Origin: Lingula anatina
Taxonomy: Eukaryota; Animalia; Brachiopoda
DNA length: 64,000 bases
Reading direction: 5' to 3'
Assembly: GCA_051362555.1 (NCBI GenBank)
Contig: CM120644.1
Location: 876,954 to 940,953, forward strand
A program made the position numbers and the translations under genes. Of this stretch, positions 24,143 through 37,400 are shown piece by piece (within the stretch, counting starts at the first letter, position 1; every line of letters starts with the position of its first letter). Under the pieces are notes generated by a model. The model did not search any database. It was not told the DNA's origin and saw only the letters and a list, made by a program, of their open reading frames with translations.

Positions 24143-25519
24143 AGAGCACTGTCTGTCAGTTCTTATCCGCACGTGACCGTGACCTTTAAGACAATGTAAC
24201 TTCTTTGAGCACATTGCCTTGTGAAGAGTAATCTGAGGGATTGTTATTTGGTCGAGATAGGCCCTACATTTTTTAAAAGCATAAGTGGATAAAGAAAAAC
24301 TCACGTAGATTAAATGTTAAGTGGTGTGTATATAATGGCCATTGAAAGTGGGGAATGTGTTACTGTTTGCCTCACCTTTGCCAAACATGGTGTGAGTGAT
24401 AATATTGTTTTGTCATCTTATCACCATGTTCATGAACTGGCATGTCTATATTTATGTATTTGATTATCATTGCCCAGACTGATAGTTGACTGGTAAAGTG
24501 AAAATAATATGACAAATTGTCATTTTATACGGTGAATATATATGATAATGGCTGTATAATTCCATCGGGGACATTGTAAACATATTGTATTTTAGTGAAC
24601 AGGCACAGATGTGTATGTACATATAGTTGTATGCATGTCATAAGTGGATAAACATAATCCAGATTTAATGCGAAATGATGTGTAGTGTATGTGCATAGTG
24701 GTCATTGAAAGTGGGACCTAGAATTCAGTTTCAATGTAATTCTTTTTTAACGAAAAATGTTCTAAATCAATTTGAAGGATTTCCCAAAACAATTCCCAAA
24801 CTGTGACATTCATTACAGAAAAAACATCTGAACTGTAAAAAGTACACCAAATGTTCTAGAATAGATTGAGAACCATAAATGAACGCCAAATGAGACAATT
24901 TTTTTTGCAGGGGCTACACTTGCTAAAATTGATGCTGCTTTATAATGTGAGTGCAAATATTGTTTTATCATTTTTATCTACATGTTCATGAACTATATCC
25001 CGACATTCCAATATTTCTGTATTTGATAATTATAAAATATTGCCTGACTGGCAATGTGAAGTTTCCAATGGCATTTACATGTTAATCAAGCTTAAAATAA
25101 GTGTATATCAATGGTCATATGTGGTATATATTTATTTTTTTATTAAGTAGTCTTTTTGTTATCTAATAATGTAAGTTGTAAATAAAATAGTTTTATCAGG
25201 TTAAAATGTGTTTCTTATATGCATGTCCATTATTTGCAGCACAATTTATTGATCACAGCTTATAATAATTTAAGTGTAAATTACATCTATGCCATTGTTA
25301 GCATTCCCTGTTGATAAAATAGCCATATGCATGCAAAACACCTTTATAAGGCATTCAGAATAACTTGATCCGCGGACTAGCAGATCTAAGGACTAAATAT
25401 GGCCGAGTCACTGAAAAGGAGCACCGACTAATACTCTGATGGCCTCCCTGCCTACACACACGCCGTCGATTTAAAGACCTGGCAATTAAACCTAAAAGCC
25501 AAGATTTAACCCATTTAAT

Positions 25520-27110
25520 TAAAAAATTAAACGAAACTTACCGAAGTTGAAGTTTGATTGTAATTCTACTTCATCGCTGGAAAGGAATGTAGGAATGGAG
25601 ATTCAACTATAATTTTCTTTTGTAATAATCTCTGTATTTCCTTTTCTATTTCTACGGTTTCAGAGGCATTGAATTTTGCCTCCCTTATTGGCCTTGCCTG
25701 CACTGGCATTACACGGAAATCTAGTTCCATGCCTTTAATTATTCTTAATATTTCTTTGTCGGAGGTTATAGATCTCCATTCGTCTATAAAATACCGTAAT
25801 CTGCCTCCTTCAAAAGTTAGAATATCATAGTTAGCCTTTTTAACGGCATCTAAAATAAACAGTGAAAATTCACTTTTAAATGTTTCTAGAGTCCTCACCT
25901 TCATAGTGGGTTCTACTCTTTCTTGAACTTCTTTCCCCTTCTCACGCCACTCGGCCCTGGTTTGTTGAACCAGTCCTGGGGGTGTCCTTCTCGGGAATTG
26001 TAGCCCTGTCCGTGCCGGGGGTTGTACCCCGGCCTCTTCCAGTTTTTTGGCTGGTACGGTTGGACGCGTCCCGGCCCACCTTTTCCATTTCCCGTATATC
26101 TTTGACGGATTTTGGCAGGTCGTCACCAAATAGTAAAGAGGTTACGGGTATGTTGGCATCGCATAACCCGGCGTGAGCGCTTTTAAGCACGGGCCGTAGT
26201 AATTCCCGCCTTTGTAGCGACACTGACGTGTGCGCATGCCCGAGCAGAAATACGGCATCTAAACATGCGCGTATGGATTGTTCTGTCGAAGGCTCGGCGG
26301 GTTTGATTAGCAAGTTTTCCGCAACGGATAACTTTGCAAAGGTGCTTTTAGTGATAGCACTTTGGATGGAAGAAAATCTCAGATCTCTTTTCTTGAGATA
26401 GTTCTGTTTGCGCATTCTGCGCCAAATTTCTTTGTTAACCCGAAGCACTGTGACTTTGTCACAGTTCTGTGGCCTCAAATACAACTCCTTCTTCTTTTTT
26501 ACTTTTTCTGTCGCCAGTGGCTTAGAAAAAGCTTTATTGGCAATTTCAGCCAATTTAGCGCTTATATTCGGCCCAGTATCCTCCTCATCTTCAAATGATG
26601 CGCTTACATCTTCTAAGACAGCAGTACTGTCACTTTTTGCCGCCTTTGGTTGTTTTCCCGCGGCATTGAAGAGGCTCGCAACGTCGTCTTCGTCCTGATG
26701 GTCCATAGGACTGTCAATATCGGAGCAGGAGGAGTCGTCTCCTTCCTCTTCTTCTTCAAAGACCGTCGCAGAGCGTTTGGAAGGTTTCTTTTCGGCTGCC
26801 ATTGTCGCCCAAACCTCGCCCATTTTCTGTATATTTTTAGGCAACAGCCTCCATAGTGCCCTTAAGGCCATCAATCGCTGAGAAAATGTTTCTCGATTCA
26901 GAGGGGGTAATACCCACCCCTGACCCCAGTAGGGCGTCTTCTTCTTGAGGAGAAATATTGAAGGTTTCCATCAAAAAATGAAAAAACCGCGTAGGAAGAA
27001 ATGTTATGCGTCCGTCTGGAAGTCCAGTTGGTTGCGCACTGAAGTCCGATACGCCTGCGCTATCTCATGTGGTTCCGTAATGAACTTGACAGTGATGAAG
27101 TAGAATGGTG
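25520..27110 (-). mobile_element. DIRS-like (tyrosine-recombinase retrotransposon) relic with gag-like ORF and truncated RT ORF
   Basis: ORF 26874-25942 has P.NC...VNKEIW, RRELLRP and LFGDDL. The overlapping ORF 26129-25566 has GGRLRYFIDEWRSITSD.EIL.IIKG..LDF...EIQRLLQK, the typical DIRS RT N-terminus, and then breaks off. Short inverted repeat ATTCTACTTCATC (about 25563) / GATGAAGTAGAAT (about 27094). True ends uncertain. Confidence 0.75.
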
Positions 27111-27182
27111 GTGTGGAGGCGAGGAGAACATCAAGGGTTTTAAACTTATCGCCCATAAAACCAAAAGTAGAAAAAAAAAACT

Positions 27183-27308
27183 CCACTGTCACATACTGTC
27201 ACATCTAACACAATCCACTGTCACATACTGTCACATCTAACACAATCCACTGTCATATCTTACACAATCCACTGTCACATACTGTCACATCTAACACAAC
27301 CCACTGCC
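27183..27308. repeat. 32-bp minisatellite, about 4 units (homologue of 11994-12305)
   Basis: Same unit and same flanks as the first array. Confidence 0.9.
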
Positions 27309-28268
27309 ATAATACAATACAACGTCAAATTCATACATCACTTATATCATTGCTAATAAAAATTATATACTTCATTTTTCTTGACAACATGTTTTTTTCA
27401 ATTTGGCCAAGCGGTCGCAAACCCTGTGGGATATTATATCGCCTTCATGAGTACCGCAGGCGGTTATATAAAACCGCCTGCAAGTATTGGAAGCCTTTAG
27501 CAGCTGTCCTCAATTTTTCTTCTCAGCCATTAAACCCATACTGCAGTACAAATTTTGATTCCCTCTCAATATTATCAGAAGCAAAAATGTATACAATAAG
27601 TATAGCAAGTTTTTTTTTTCAAAATAGAACATTTTGTGGATGAAGTAGAGAACAGGAGAAACATGATCATGGTATACTCACTGACCACAGGGGTCACCAG
27701 TGGTTTTTGGGAAATAGTCGAATCTTCTATTTTGCGCCAGACCCCAGTGACATCAGGGGCTAATGGTTTCTTGTCGGTACTCCCACACACTCATACTCCC
27801 TCCTAGAAAATTTCTGAATTATGCTCATCGATACAGCCCCACATCGATAGATCCCCGCATCGAACATGCCCTGTGAACTTATCGTTATACGTTACCCCCC
27901 ACACTGTTACTCCCCTGCATCGTTGCTTCCCTGCATCGTTACTCCCCCGTATGCAATGTTTTCCTATTACCGACATTGGTATTACATTACAAATGTACAA
28001 TAGAGCCTACCCATTACCGGAGGAAATAATCTTTTTACATATGTAAAAACGGATTGGGTATTGGTGTGTAATGTGGAAACATTTACAATTAGCCATATGG
28101 AAGCCCTTCATGGTATTTCTTTAACGCTTTTAAATTGCGTACACTTTGGATTGGACAACCCTTTGAATAAACAGTATTTAAAAATGCTGATTGATCACAA
28201 AATTTAGTTGCTATTCTCATTAACCATGGTTGAATTAAAACTGAAATTCGTCTACCAACCATGTTTAC

Positions 28269-29123
28269 CAGGGGCGTCACCAGACCTTTAAAAATTGTAC
28301 GCACAGATCTTAAAATTCCCAGCACGTACAGCAAAATTTAAACTAACTCAATAGATGAAGGACAGCGTAATCACAGCATATGTACCACACATCGTAGCTT
28401 AATTTCCATTAAGAATAAAATCATCATTTAAATTTTAATTCAAAAATATTATCGCGATATGATAAAGTTTCAATATTCTAATTTACCCAGAACGGTATAT
28501 TTATTTAAAAAGAGGCTAATTGAAACATAAACTTAAGTTTAATTATTTGTTTGTGAAAATTGCCCTTGTCACCCTGTTAGTTTGAAAGGCTAAGCTGGAT
28601 CAAGTCCGTCTTAAAATTCCTATGAAGCTTTGTCGGAAAAATTCTTCCTTTGTTTCTCTAGCTCTTTATTAAACTTGGTGTCCAGATTTAATCTCGTGCC
28701 CCTAGGCCCGCTGGAGCTGCTCTTTGAAAATAACCAAGAGGTAGATTTTTACCTGCGATAAATATCACCAGCGAGAGTGTGTTCGATACTCTGAAGACAA
28801 AGGCTACAGGAGAGTTGAAGGCCACTTAACACTCTGATTAAGAGGTAAAGAAAATTCCAGTTAGATGGACGATTAAGATGGACTTGTAAATATATCAGGC
28901 ATTGTTTACCTCAGTTGAATAAAAGTATGCAAAATGGGATGTCAGAACAATGGTGCGTATACAATTGATACAGAGGGTTTGTACACACAGGTGACTTTAA
29001 CTCGCAGAGGATTTTATATTATATTCCGTGAAAACTACACTAAATTTCTATGAAATAATATCATGGTTGCCCCAAAAAACTGCACGCACAGTGCATCCGT
29101 GCGTATGCCTAGTTACGCCCATG
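28269..29123. mobile_element. Non-autonomous DNA transposon, 855 bp, 5-bp TSD
   Basis: CAGGGGCGTCAC...GTTACGCCCATG flanked by TTTAC on both sides. Confidence 0.7.
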
Positions 29124-29420
29124 TTTACATACAGTCGCCACTTGTAAACCAAGTTAACAATTTTGTTTAGCATAATGCTACGTAGATCTACAGTGCGTAA
29201 CCTGAATTTTCTAGAGGCTCAAAGGCCATCATAATCTCCATTAATGTGGAGGTGCTCTGTCCCGCACCAGTGACTGTAAATGCTAGTTTCCATACCATTA
29301 TCAAACATAGCCAAACTTTGTCATCGATACAGGTAAGTCTATCACTGATTCTTTTTTTTACTAGCTTAACAGGGCTGGATGTGGCAAGAGTACATCAAGG
29401 TGGTATAAGATAAAAGATTA

Positions 29421-29527
29421 CAGGGCCGTAGCGAGCAATTTCAAAATTTTACCATGAAACCTGCACGTACCTAGATAAAATTTTACCCAGAGTGGACCTT
29501 TTTTTCAGCAAAAGGGCTACGGGCCTG
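29421..29527. mobile_element. Short copy of the CAGGCCCGTAGCC MITE family
   Basis: CAGGGCCGTAGC...GCTACGGGCCTG; internal similarity to copies at 35867, 38769 and 48167. Confidence 0.7.
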
Positions 29528-30819
29528 GATTTGTAGTTATTGTTATTGTACGACGCTCTCGCAGCTGGCAATACGTACAGCTGTACTCTCGGATGTGTGT
29601 CGGTATGTACAGGTAGGAATGGTGGTCTGCTATCAACCAAACTAGTTACTGAGTCTGTTTGACCCCGATACCTGGCTTAATCATATGAGTTGCAAGATTC
29701 ACAATATCCCATCGTTTAATTGGAATTCTTGATTTTGCATTTAAGCTATATTTTTTCTCTCGTCCTTGATAGATGTTTAATACAAATGATATCTTTAAAA
29801 ACAGTATTACAGCCTATGTAACTTGTTTAGCGGTTTTTGCAATCAACAGTTCTTTCAATTTTTACAGCGTTAAATGTTAATTTTCATATTTTTACAAAGA
29901 CAAATTAATTAGATACTGCTTTTTTATTTCTCAATTCATTGAATTGAACGGTGCCTGAAGAGACAATGATACGTTATTTATCTTTGGATAAAAAAACTTT
30001 AATCAATACTGAGAACTAAACAAATAAAAAAGATGAAGAACGAAGTAAAGTAAATTTCAAAGTTCAAAATCATCCCAATATGTTGTTGTACATAATGGAG
30101 TTTAAATTTGTTTTAACTTTTAAACAATTTTATCAGAATGCTTCAAAGCCTTGATCTTATCAGTGGAGGTATAATTAGAGTAGTCTTTGTATTTTCAATA
30201 AGACTTGTTGTAATTTTACATATTTTTTATCAAATAATGTTGTAAATTGTGAAAGTTATAAGGTAAGAATGCATTTTTCTTGCATGCATGCTCATCATTT
30301 GAATCTTTTCAACTATTATAACATACAATTATTTTAATACCAAGTGAAGTAATTATGTGATCTTTTCCAAGGTCAACATTTATCAAACTATCAGATACAT
30401 AATTTTATAATTATATTTCTGTATAGCATTTCTGGTGCTTTGACAGCATAGGATACAACCATAGAGTAGCCTGCTTCTAATTTGATGCTACCACTCAGTA
30501 AAAATGTTGTACTTAAAAGAAATTAAGACTTTAAATACGGCATCTGTAAAAGCCACGATTTACTACTATTGAAAAGATTGAGTAATTATAGTTTTAATGC
30601 AACATATATACTTCCTGTGATTCAAAATAACCATAAATCTTACTCAATTTTCATCTTTTATTTTAAGTTTGTATGTCAAGACTTATGTTCAATAAATACT
30701 TTTTTTTACTATGAATTGTTATTGTAATCAAAGCTACAACAAACAAATTAGTAAGTTTGTATGTCAAGACTTATGATCTATAAATAATTTTTATTGATTG
30801 TTATTCTAGTCTCAGCTAC

Positions 30820-33722
30820 AACTAGAGGATACCGCCTCCAAATATTGTACCACCAGCTGGAGCAAGCGCATTCGTATAGACCCCCACATACACAAAATAA
30901 GCCACCAGTTTTGTGCTTGACAAGCTGTAAAAATGCAATCAACAAGAATTTTTAAACTATTGCAAAAAAAATATAGGGTACAATCAAATTTAAGTTCTTC
31001 GTAAGGTAGGTCAAGGGTCAATTTCAAGGTCACAGTAAATTGCCAGTATATGACTTCCTATTCAAGTTCAAGAGTAACTATGGACCTATCTCTGTCAAGT
31101 TTGAAGTTAAAAGAGAAAGAAATTAGCAGAGTTCAGTTCATGATAAAAAGTAGGTCAAAGGTCAATTTCAAGGTCACACTTAGATTGCCAGTATAGGACT
31201 TCCTATTTAACTTTTATAGTAACTATGGACCTATCTCAGCCAGTTTTGGAGATAAAAGGGAAGCAAATTTTGCAAAATTCAGTTCATGGTGAAAAGTAGG
31301 TCAAAGGTCAATTTCAAGGTCACATTTAGATTGCCAGTATATGACTTTCTATTCAAGTTCAATAGTAACTATGGACCTATCTCTGCCAGATTTGGAGATA
31401 AAAGGGAAGCAAAATTTGCAAAGTTCAGTTTATGGTGAAAAGTAGGACAAAGGTCAATTTTAATGTCACATTTATAATGCCAGTATATGACTTCCTATTC
31501 AACTTCAATAGTAACTATGGACCTATCTCTGCCAGTTTTGGAGATAAAAGGGAAGAAAATTTGCAAAGGTCAGTTCATGGTGAAAAGTAGGTCAAAGGTC
31601 AATTTAAAGGTCACATTTAGATTGCCAGTATATGACTTCCTATTCAAGTTCAATAGTAACTATGGACCTATCTCTGCCAATTTTGGAGATAAAAGGGAAG
31701 CAAATTTTGCAAAGTTCAGTTTATGGTGAAAAGTAGGTCAAAGGTCAATTTTAAGGTCACTTTTAGATTGCCAGTATATGACTTCCTATTCAAGTTCAAT
31801 AGTAACTATGGACCTATCTCAGCCAGTTTTGGAGATAAAAGGAAAGCAAAATTTGCAAAATTCAGTTCATAGTGAAAAGTAGGTCAAAGGTCAATTTTAA
31901 TGTCACATATAGATTGCCAGTATATGACTTCCTATTCAAGTTCAATAGTAACTATGGACCTACCTCTGCCAGTTTTGGAGATAAAAGGAAAGCAAAATTT
32001 GCAAAATTCAGTTCATGGTGTAAAGTAGGTCAAAGGTCAATTTTAAGGTCACATTTAGATTGCCAGTATATGACTTCCTATTCAAGTTCAATAGTAACTA
32101 TGGACCTATCTCTGCCAGTTTTGGAGATAAAAGGGAAGCAAATTTTGCAAAGTTCAGTTTATGGTGAAAAGTAGGTCAAAGGTCAATTTTAAGGTCACTT
32201 TCAGATTGCCAGTATATGACTTCCTATTCAAGTTCAATAGTAACTATGGACCTATCTCAGCCAGTTTTGGAGATAAAAGGAAAGCAAAATTTGCAAAATT
32301 TGCAAAATTCAGTTCATGGTGAAAAGTAGGTCAAAGGTCAATTTTAATGTCACATATAGATTGCCAGTATATGACTTCCTATTCAAGTTCAATAGTAACT
32401 ACGGACCTACCTCTGCCAGTTTTGGAGATAAAAGGAAAGCAAAATTTGCAAAATTCAGTTCATGGTGTAAAGTAGGTCAAAGGTCAATTTTAAGGTCACA
32501 TTTAGATTGCCAGTATATGACTTCCTATTCAAGTTCAATAGTAACTATGGACCTATCTCTGCCAGTTTTGGAGATAAAAGGGAAGAAAAGTTTGCAAAGT
32601 TCAGTTCATGGTGAAAAGTAGGTCAAAGGTCAATTTCAAGGTCATAGTAAGATTGCCAGTATATGACTTCCTATTCAACTTCAATAGTAACTATGGACCT
32701 ATCTCTGCCAGTTTTGGAGATATAAGGGACTAGATGTTATAATTTTGGAGTTACCATAATGTGCCTTAAATTTCGTACAGAAAAAATTAATTAAAATAAA
32801 GAAAATGTCATTTTGGTCAAAATTCTTGAAATAGGAGGTGCTCTGAAGTTTCAGAAGTTCAAATTTGATGAAATAATGTCATTTTTGAACACAAGTTGTC
32901 TGCTTTGCCAAGCCTTATGTTTTATTTTTCCAGAGTTCAAAATTTATTATCTATTACCGTACTGCACATTTTGCTTTTACCACCAATATGTACTTTTTGA
33001 TACAGCGTAACTCGAAAACCGTATGGAATACAAAAAAACCGAGACCACCTCCAGTGTTGGGCTTTACATGCTCTACAAAATGCAAAAAAGAATGGGTCTC
33101 TAGCATTAACGGTTCCCGAATTAGAGACAGTTTTCAGTTTCGGTATCTTATGGCCGCTACTCCCGTGAAAATGCACCGATTGACCCCAAATTCATGGAGA
33201 TGAAAGATGACCTGAAGGGTAACACTTTCCAATAATATTATTGGTTAAGTCTGTGTGGTGTCTGAATAACAGGGCAAAAAATTTTTTTTCGTAAAAAATT
33301 TCATTTTTTTGAAAATTTTGGCCCATTTGACCTTGAAGTAGAGGTCAAAGGTCAAATCCAAGGGTATATTTGAAATCTACACATATGACTTTTGGAAAGC
33401 CGTCTATAGAAATTTTTCCCATAACTCCTTCCGTAGGGTAGATAATTAGCATTTAATTTTGCTATTTTTAGACAAGGGTGCATTGCAATGAGTGCCACAC
33501 CCAGACCCCAATACCGACAAAGCCCAAATTTTACGTGGAACGAGTTGAGATTATAGGTGACCTAAATCCATGAGATGGGTACGGGGGCCCTTACCGTCTA
33601 GGAGGAGAAGCGGTAACGGTAGCCGTCCGGCGGAGCCGGCGGAGCCAGCGGAGCCGGCGGAACGATCTGGACGGGACCGAAACCATGTGTACCGCCAGTG
33701 CTAACGCTGGTGGTACAATAAA
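30820..33722 (-). mobile_element. Helentron-associated (HINE/DINE-1-like) non-autonomous element with internal satellite
   Basis: Subterminal inverted repeats TATTGTACCACCAGC (30843) and GCTGGTGGTACAATA (33706). An extra IR at 33688 forms a 5' stem. A 3' hairpin GAGG..CCTC is followed by TAGTT on the minus strand. GC-rich short repeats near the 5' end and a central tandem array; no TSD seen. Confidence 0.7.
31003..32730. repeat. About 146-bp satellite, 12 units
   Basis: GTAGGTCAAAGGTCAATTT...GATTGCCAGTATATGACTTCCTATTCAAGTTCAATAGTAACTATGGACC recurs at 31150, 31296, 31442, 31587, 31733 and onward. Confidence 0.95.
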
Positions 33723-34405
33723 GAACTAGTAAGTTCTTACATGGAGAGATATATAAAACTGACACAAGCTGTGACATAAAAACAATCTTAAAATGATGAA
33801 TTGTCAATTTAATGATGAAAGTGCCCCAAATATTCTTTGTCAATTAAAAAATGTTACAAAATATTTAACAGAATAGAATAAGTTTTTTCTTATGGGTTAC
33901 TGTTCATGTTCAGACAATACAACTACCACAGGACTTCAGACCCATGGGAGTTCAAAGTCATAATCTTAAATTGGCTGTATCAGAAAACTAAAAAATTTGA
34001 GAGAGAGAGAGATAAAAAAGACTTCATCGTCCTGATTTTCAATGCTTTTAGTTTAAAAAAATCTAAGAACTGTAACTGCAATAAATATGTAGCATGATTT
34101 TCTTTTGAAAGTATCAACGATGGTAGTATGGGTAAATGACAATTGCAAAGGTGGCAATAATGACGATGCTAACAGCAAAACCAGATGCTTAATACCCTGC
34201 ATATGAAAAAATTGATATGAACTTCAATCACACTTTCAATATCAAAAGAAATATAGATCTTAACAAGCAGGATTTGGCACAATCTCAACTAACACAATGT
34301 CTTGTGTCTCAACTAACACAATGTCTGTCTCAAGCAGCTGCTCACACAATTTCTCATGTCACAACTAACACAATATTTAACTGCAGATGCCAGATCTCAG
34401 CAGTA

Positions 34406-37400
34406 TCATGTGATTGTGTTGGGATCCCAGCAGTAGTGTTTTTGTGTATCCAGACTGTTTAATGTCTGCATTTCTTCTTGGCTGAGTTCCATGTCAAAGA
34501 TATCCATGTTCTCCCTGATGTGGCTTGGATTGGTTGACTTGGGTATTACACCTGGAAGTTTGTACATATGGAAATAGAACAATGTGTATGTTATCACAGG
34601 TTATAACAGCAGAGAGCATGTTATTTTTAAGTGAAAAGGAATTAACTGTACTTACCATTCTTAAAATGATCAATAAAAAATAGAAAGTTGCATTTATAAA
34701 AATTGAAAACAAATACTGCAATCTCTTTAAAAAAAATGTTCTGAAAATTTGTTCACAACTTGAACTAAAACTTAAATAAGATATTCACCAAAAATTCTGA
34801 AGGCAGAGGTAAGACATATATAATTTACCTATTCCTTGCTGCACTGCCCACCTCAGCAATACCTGGGCAACAGTCTTCTTCTTCTTGGCAGCTACTGCCT
34901 CCACTGCTGGGTCTGATAGAAGCTGGGAAATAAATCAGTGGATAAAATAATTAATACTGGTGCTGTGTATGATAACACAGGGGGTGACAGCATTAGCACC
35001 TGTCATGGGTGTCTCTAAAAGTTCTTGTACTGTAAACAATGGGTCAAATGTTTAAAAAGGGGTGCAATTTCAGGGCTTGCCATTTGTATAACTTTCCATT
35101 TGATCCGTAAGAGAGGGATAACAGAAAGTTAATATATTTTTTTAAATATATATACATATATATATAAATTGGAAAGCAAATCAAATAAAAGTTTATATAT
35201 TTTTAAAATACAAACAAAAATATCTAATTTAGAATTGCCATAAAAAATAAATAAAAACTTTATCTGGTGACCCTAGCATGTGTACTCCGTAATTCACAAC
35301 ACAATTAAGAGTCCAAAATGTAGAGTTACAGGTAAATAAAATATTACCTTGTTTGTGTCAGATGTTGTACCCAGGGAAGAGTAAGCCTGGAAAAGTATTC
35401 CCTTGGAGCGACACATTTTCACCAGTTCATGCTGGATGAGATGTGGATGATGTTCTATCTGGAACATACAGAAATGAGGCAATACATGATAATCATTAAT
35501 AAGTTTAAGGTACAGTGTATGCATCTGAACATATCCCAAAGTCATATTTTGTATACATTACTGCATATCCTGCAAATATATATATCATTCCAATTTCACT
35601 CCTGAAAAACAATATTTTAAAACCCCTCAGATAAATTACCTGACACTGACACTCCTACTAAAATGCACAGACTTTTAGAGCAAGACTTTTAAAGGTTTGT
35701 TTTAAGTCCATGAAAGTTGTTTTTATATAAACCGGTAATTCCAAGGTAAAGGAAAATAAACGATTTATATGTATCATAAAAAATTACCATAATATACATT
35801 AGGCTCCATTTTCATTTCAATTCCTGAGCAGAAACACCAGAGTTTTATACCAAACATGAGGGCTCACAGGCCCGTAGCCAGCAAATTCAAAAGGGGGGTT
35901 CTTTTTCAGAAAAAGTGGACCCTTTACAATGAAACTTATGTGTACCTAGTTAAAATTCCACTCAAAGTGGACCTTTTCCTGGCAAAAGGGGTGGTTCTTT
36001 CGAACCCCCCGAAACCCCCCCTGGCTAAGGGCCTGACTCATGATGGTGAGAGATGGTAACTAGTGCTCTGGGGATGGGGGTATCAAGAAAGAGACTATTA
36101 ACTAAGAAAGCAAAATTTTTACATCAGATCAGTAACCAGTAGTATAAAAATATTCTTCATAATGTATCTGAATGCTTTTTTCAGCTGTTATTTGTCAATT
36201 TTGTGCCCTTAAAAACTCGTCTCACCTGTAGCACTGCTGGACAGATGTCAGAGTGCTGTAGTAACTCCTCCATGTGTCTGGGGGTGTAGTTGGACACTCC
36301 AATTGATTTAATTAAACCTGAAATATAAATATTTGTACTTTAAAATTTTCAACCCAACGGTCACTTTGACTCGTAGACCTCAGAAAACTATTGAACTAAT
36401 CAAATTCAAAAACAACTAGCGTGAAAACAAAAAGTATTGTTTTTAGGATAAATTATTTAAACCACCACCAAAATCCCTCAAGTATAGTATATACAGTATA
36501 TACTACAGTATAGTTACTTTAGAATATCAGATTTGTAACCACTGAATATCTGTAACAATCTGGACAGTAAGACATTTGCCTCAGACCAATGGCTTACACT
36601 GCAGAATTTCTTTGTATAATTGCAATTTCTCTTGTTGAATTGATCTGACTCAACTTTGTACAAATTGCTACTCTGTACCCAACTGAAAGCCTGACGTCTA
36701 ATTCTCAAATTGACACTGAATCGATTCCCAACAGGGATTACGCAGCAAGGTTTCAAGTGTGTCAGCCATATTTGACCTGTAGATCTGTAAGTCCGGGAAT
36801 CAGCTATGGTTGTGAATGGGGCCGCTGATGTGGAAAGGGAATCATTAACCATTGGTAATTATCGAACATTTTCCTTTATTCCCGGAAAATCTATTTTTTG
36901 GCCAAAATGAACAGTTGTTATCCCTTTAAAACTCACCTTCCTGGTGCATCTTCTGCATCTCCTCCCAGCTCTGTCGTCTCAGAGTTCTGTTGCCGTCATC
37001 GCTGTGTTGGAAGCCCTGCGCACCCGGCCAGTGAATCAGGTAGAGGTCCAGGTATCCACACTGGAGGTCTGAGATGGACTTGAGGCAAGCTTGTCGACAT
37101 TTCTCACTGCCCTGGTCTCTAGGAGCTGGAGTGTAGAGTATGTGTGTATTATATAGTATAATATGTGTGTGTATTATTTGGATGCAGTTTGAAGTGCACT
37201 GCCCTACTGGCCTGTGACTGGTAGCCAAAACAATCAGATATATTGTATCTTCCTACTTAGCAACTTCCAATTATCAGACATGAGCCTAAGTGTAAAAAAA
37301 AGCCTCTGAACATTTATTGAATATCAGACAAGATGAATCTCGGGAACCATCAGAATTGAATTTAAAAACTCGGAATTCAGTGTTTCCAGGGAAAAAGCTC

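Noticed and set aside
31003-32730. ORFs at 31487, 31872 and 32316 and a CRISPR-like periodicity
   Set aside because: Head-to-tail satellite units with no unique spacers; the ORFs are translations of the repeat; the context is eukaryotic with no cas genes.
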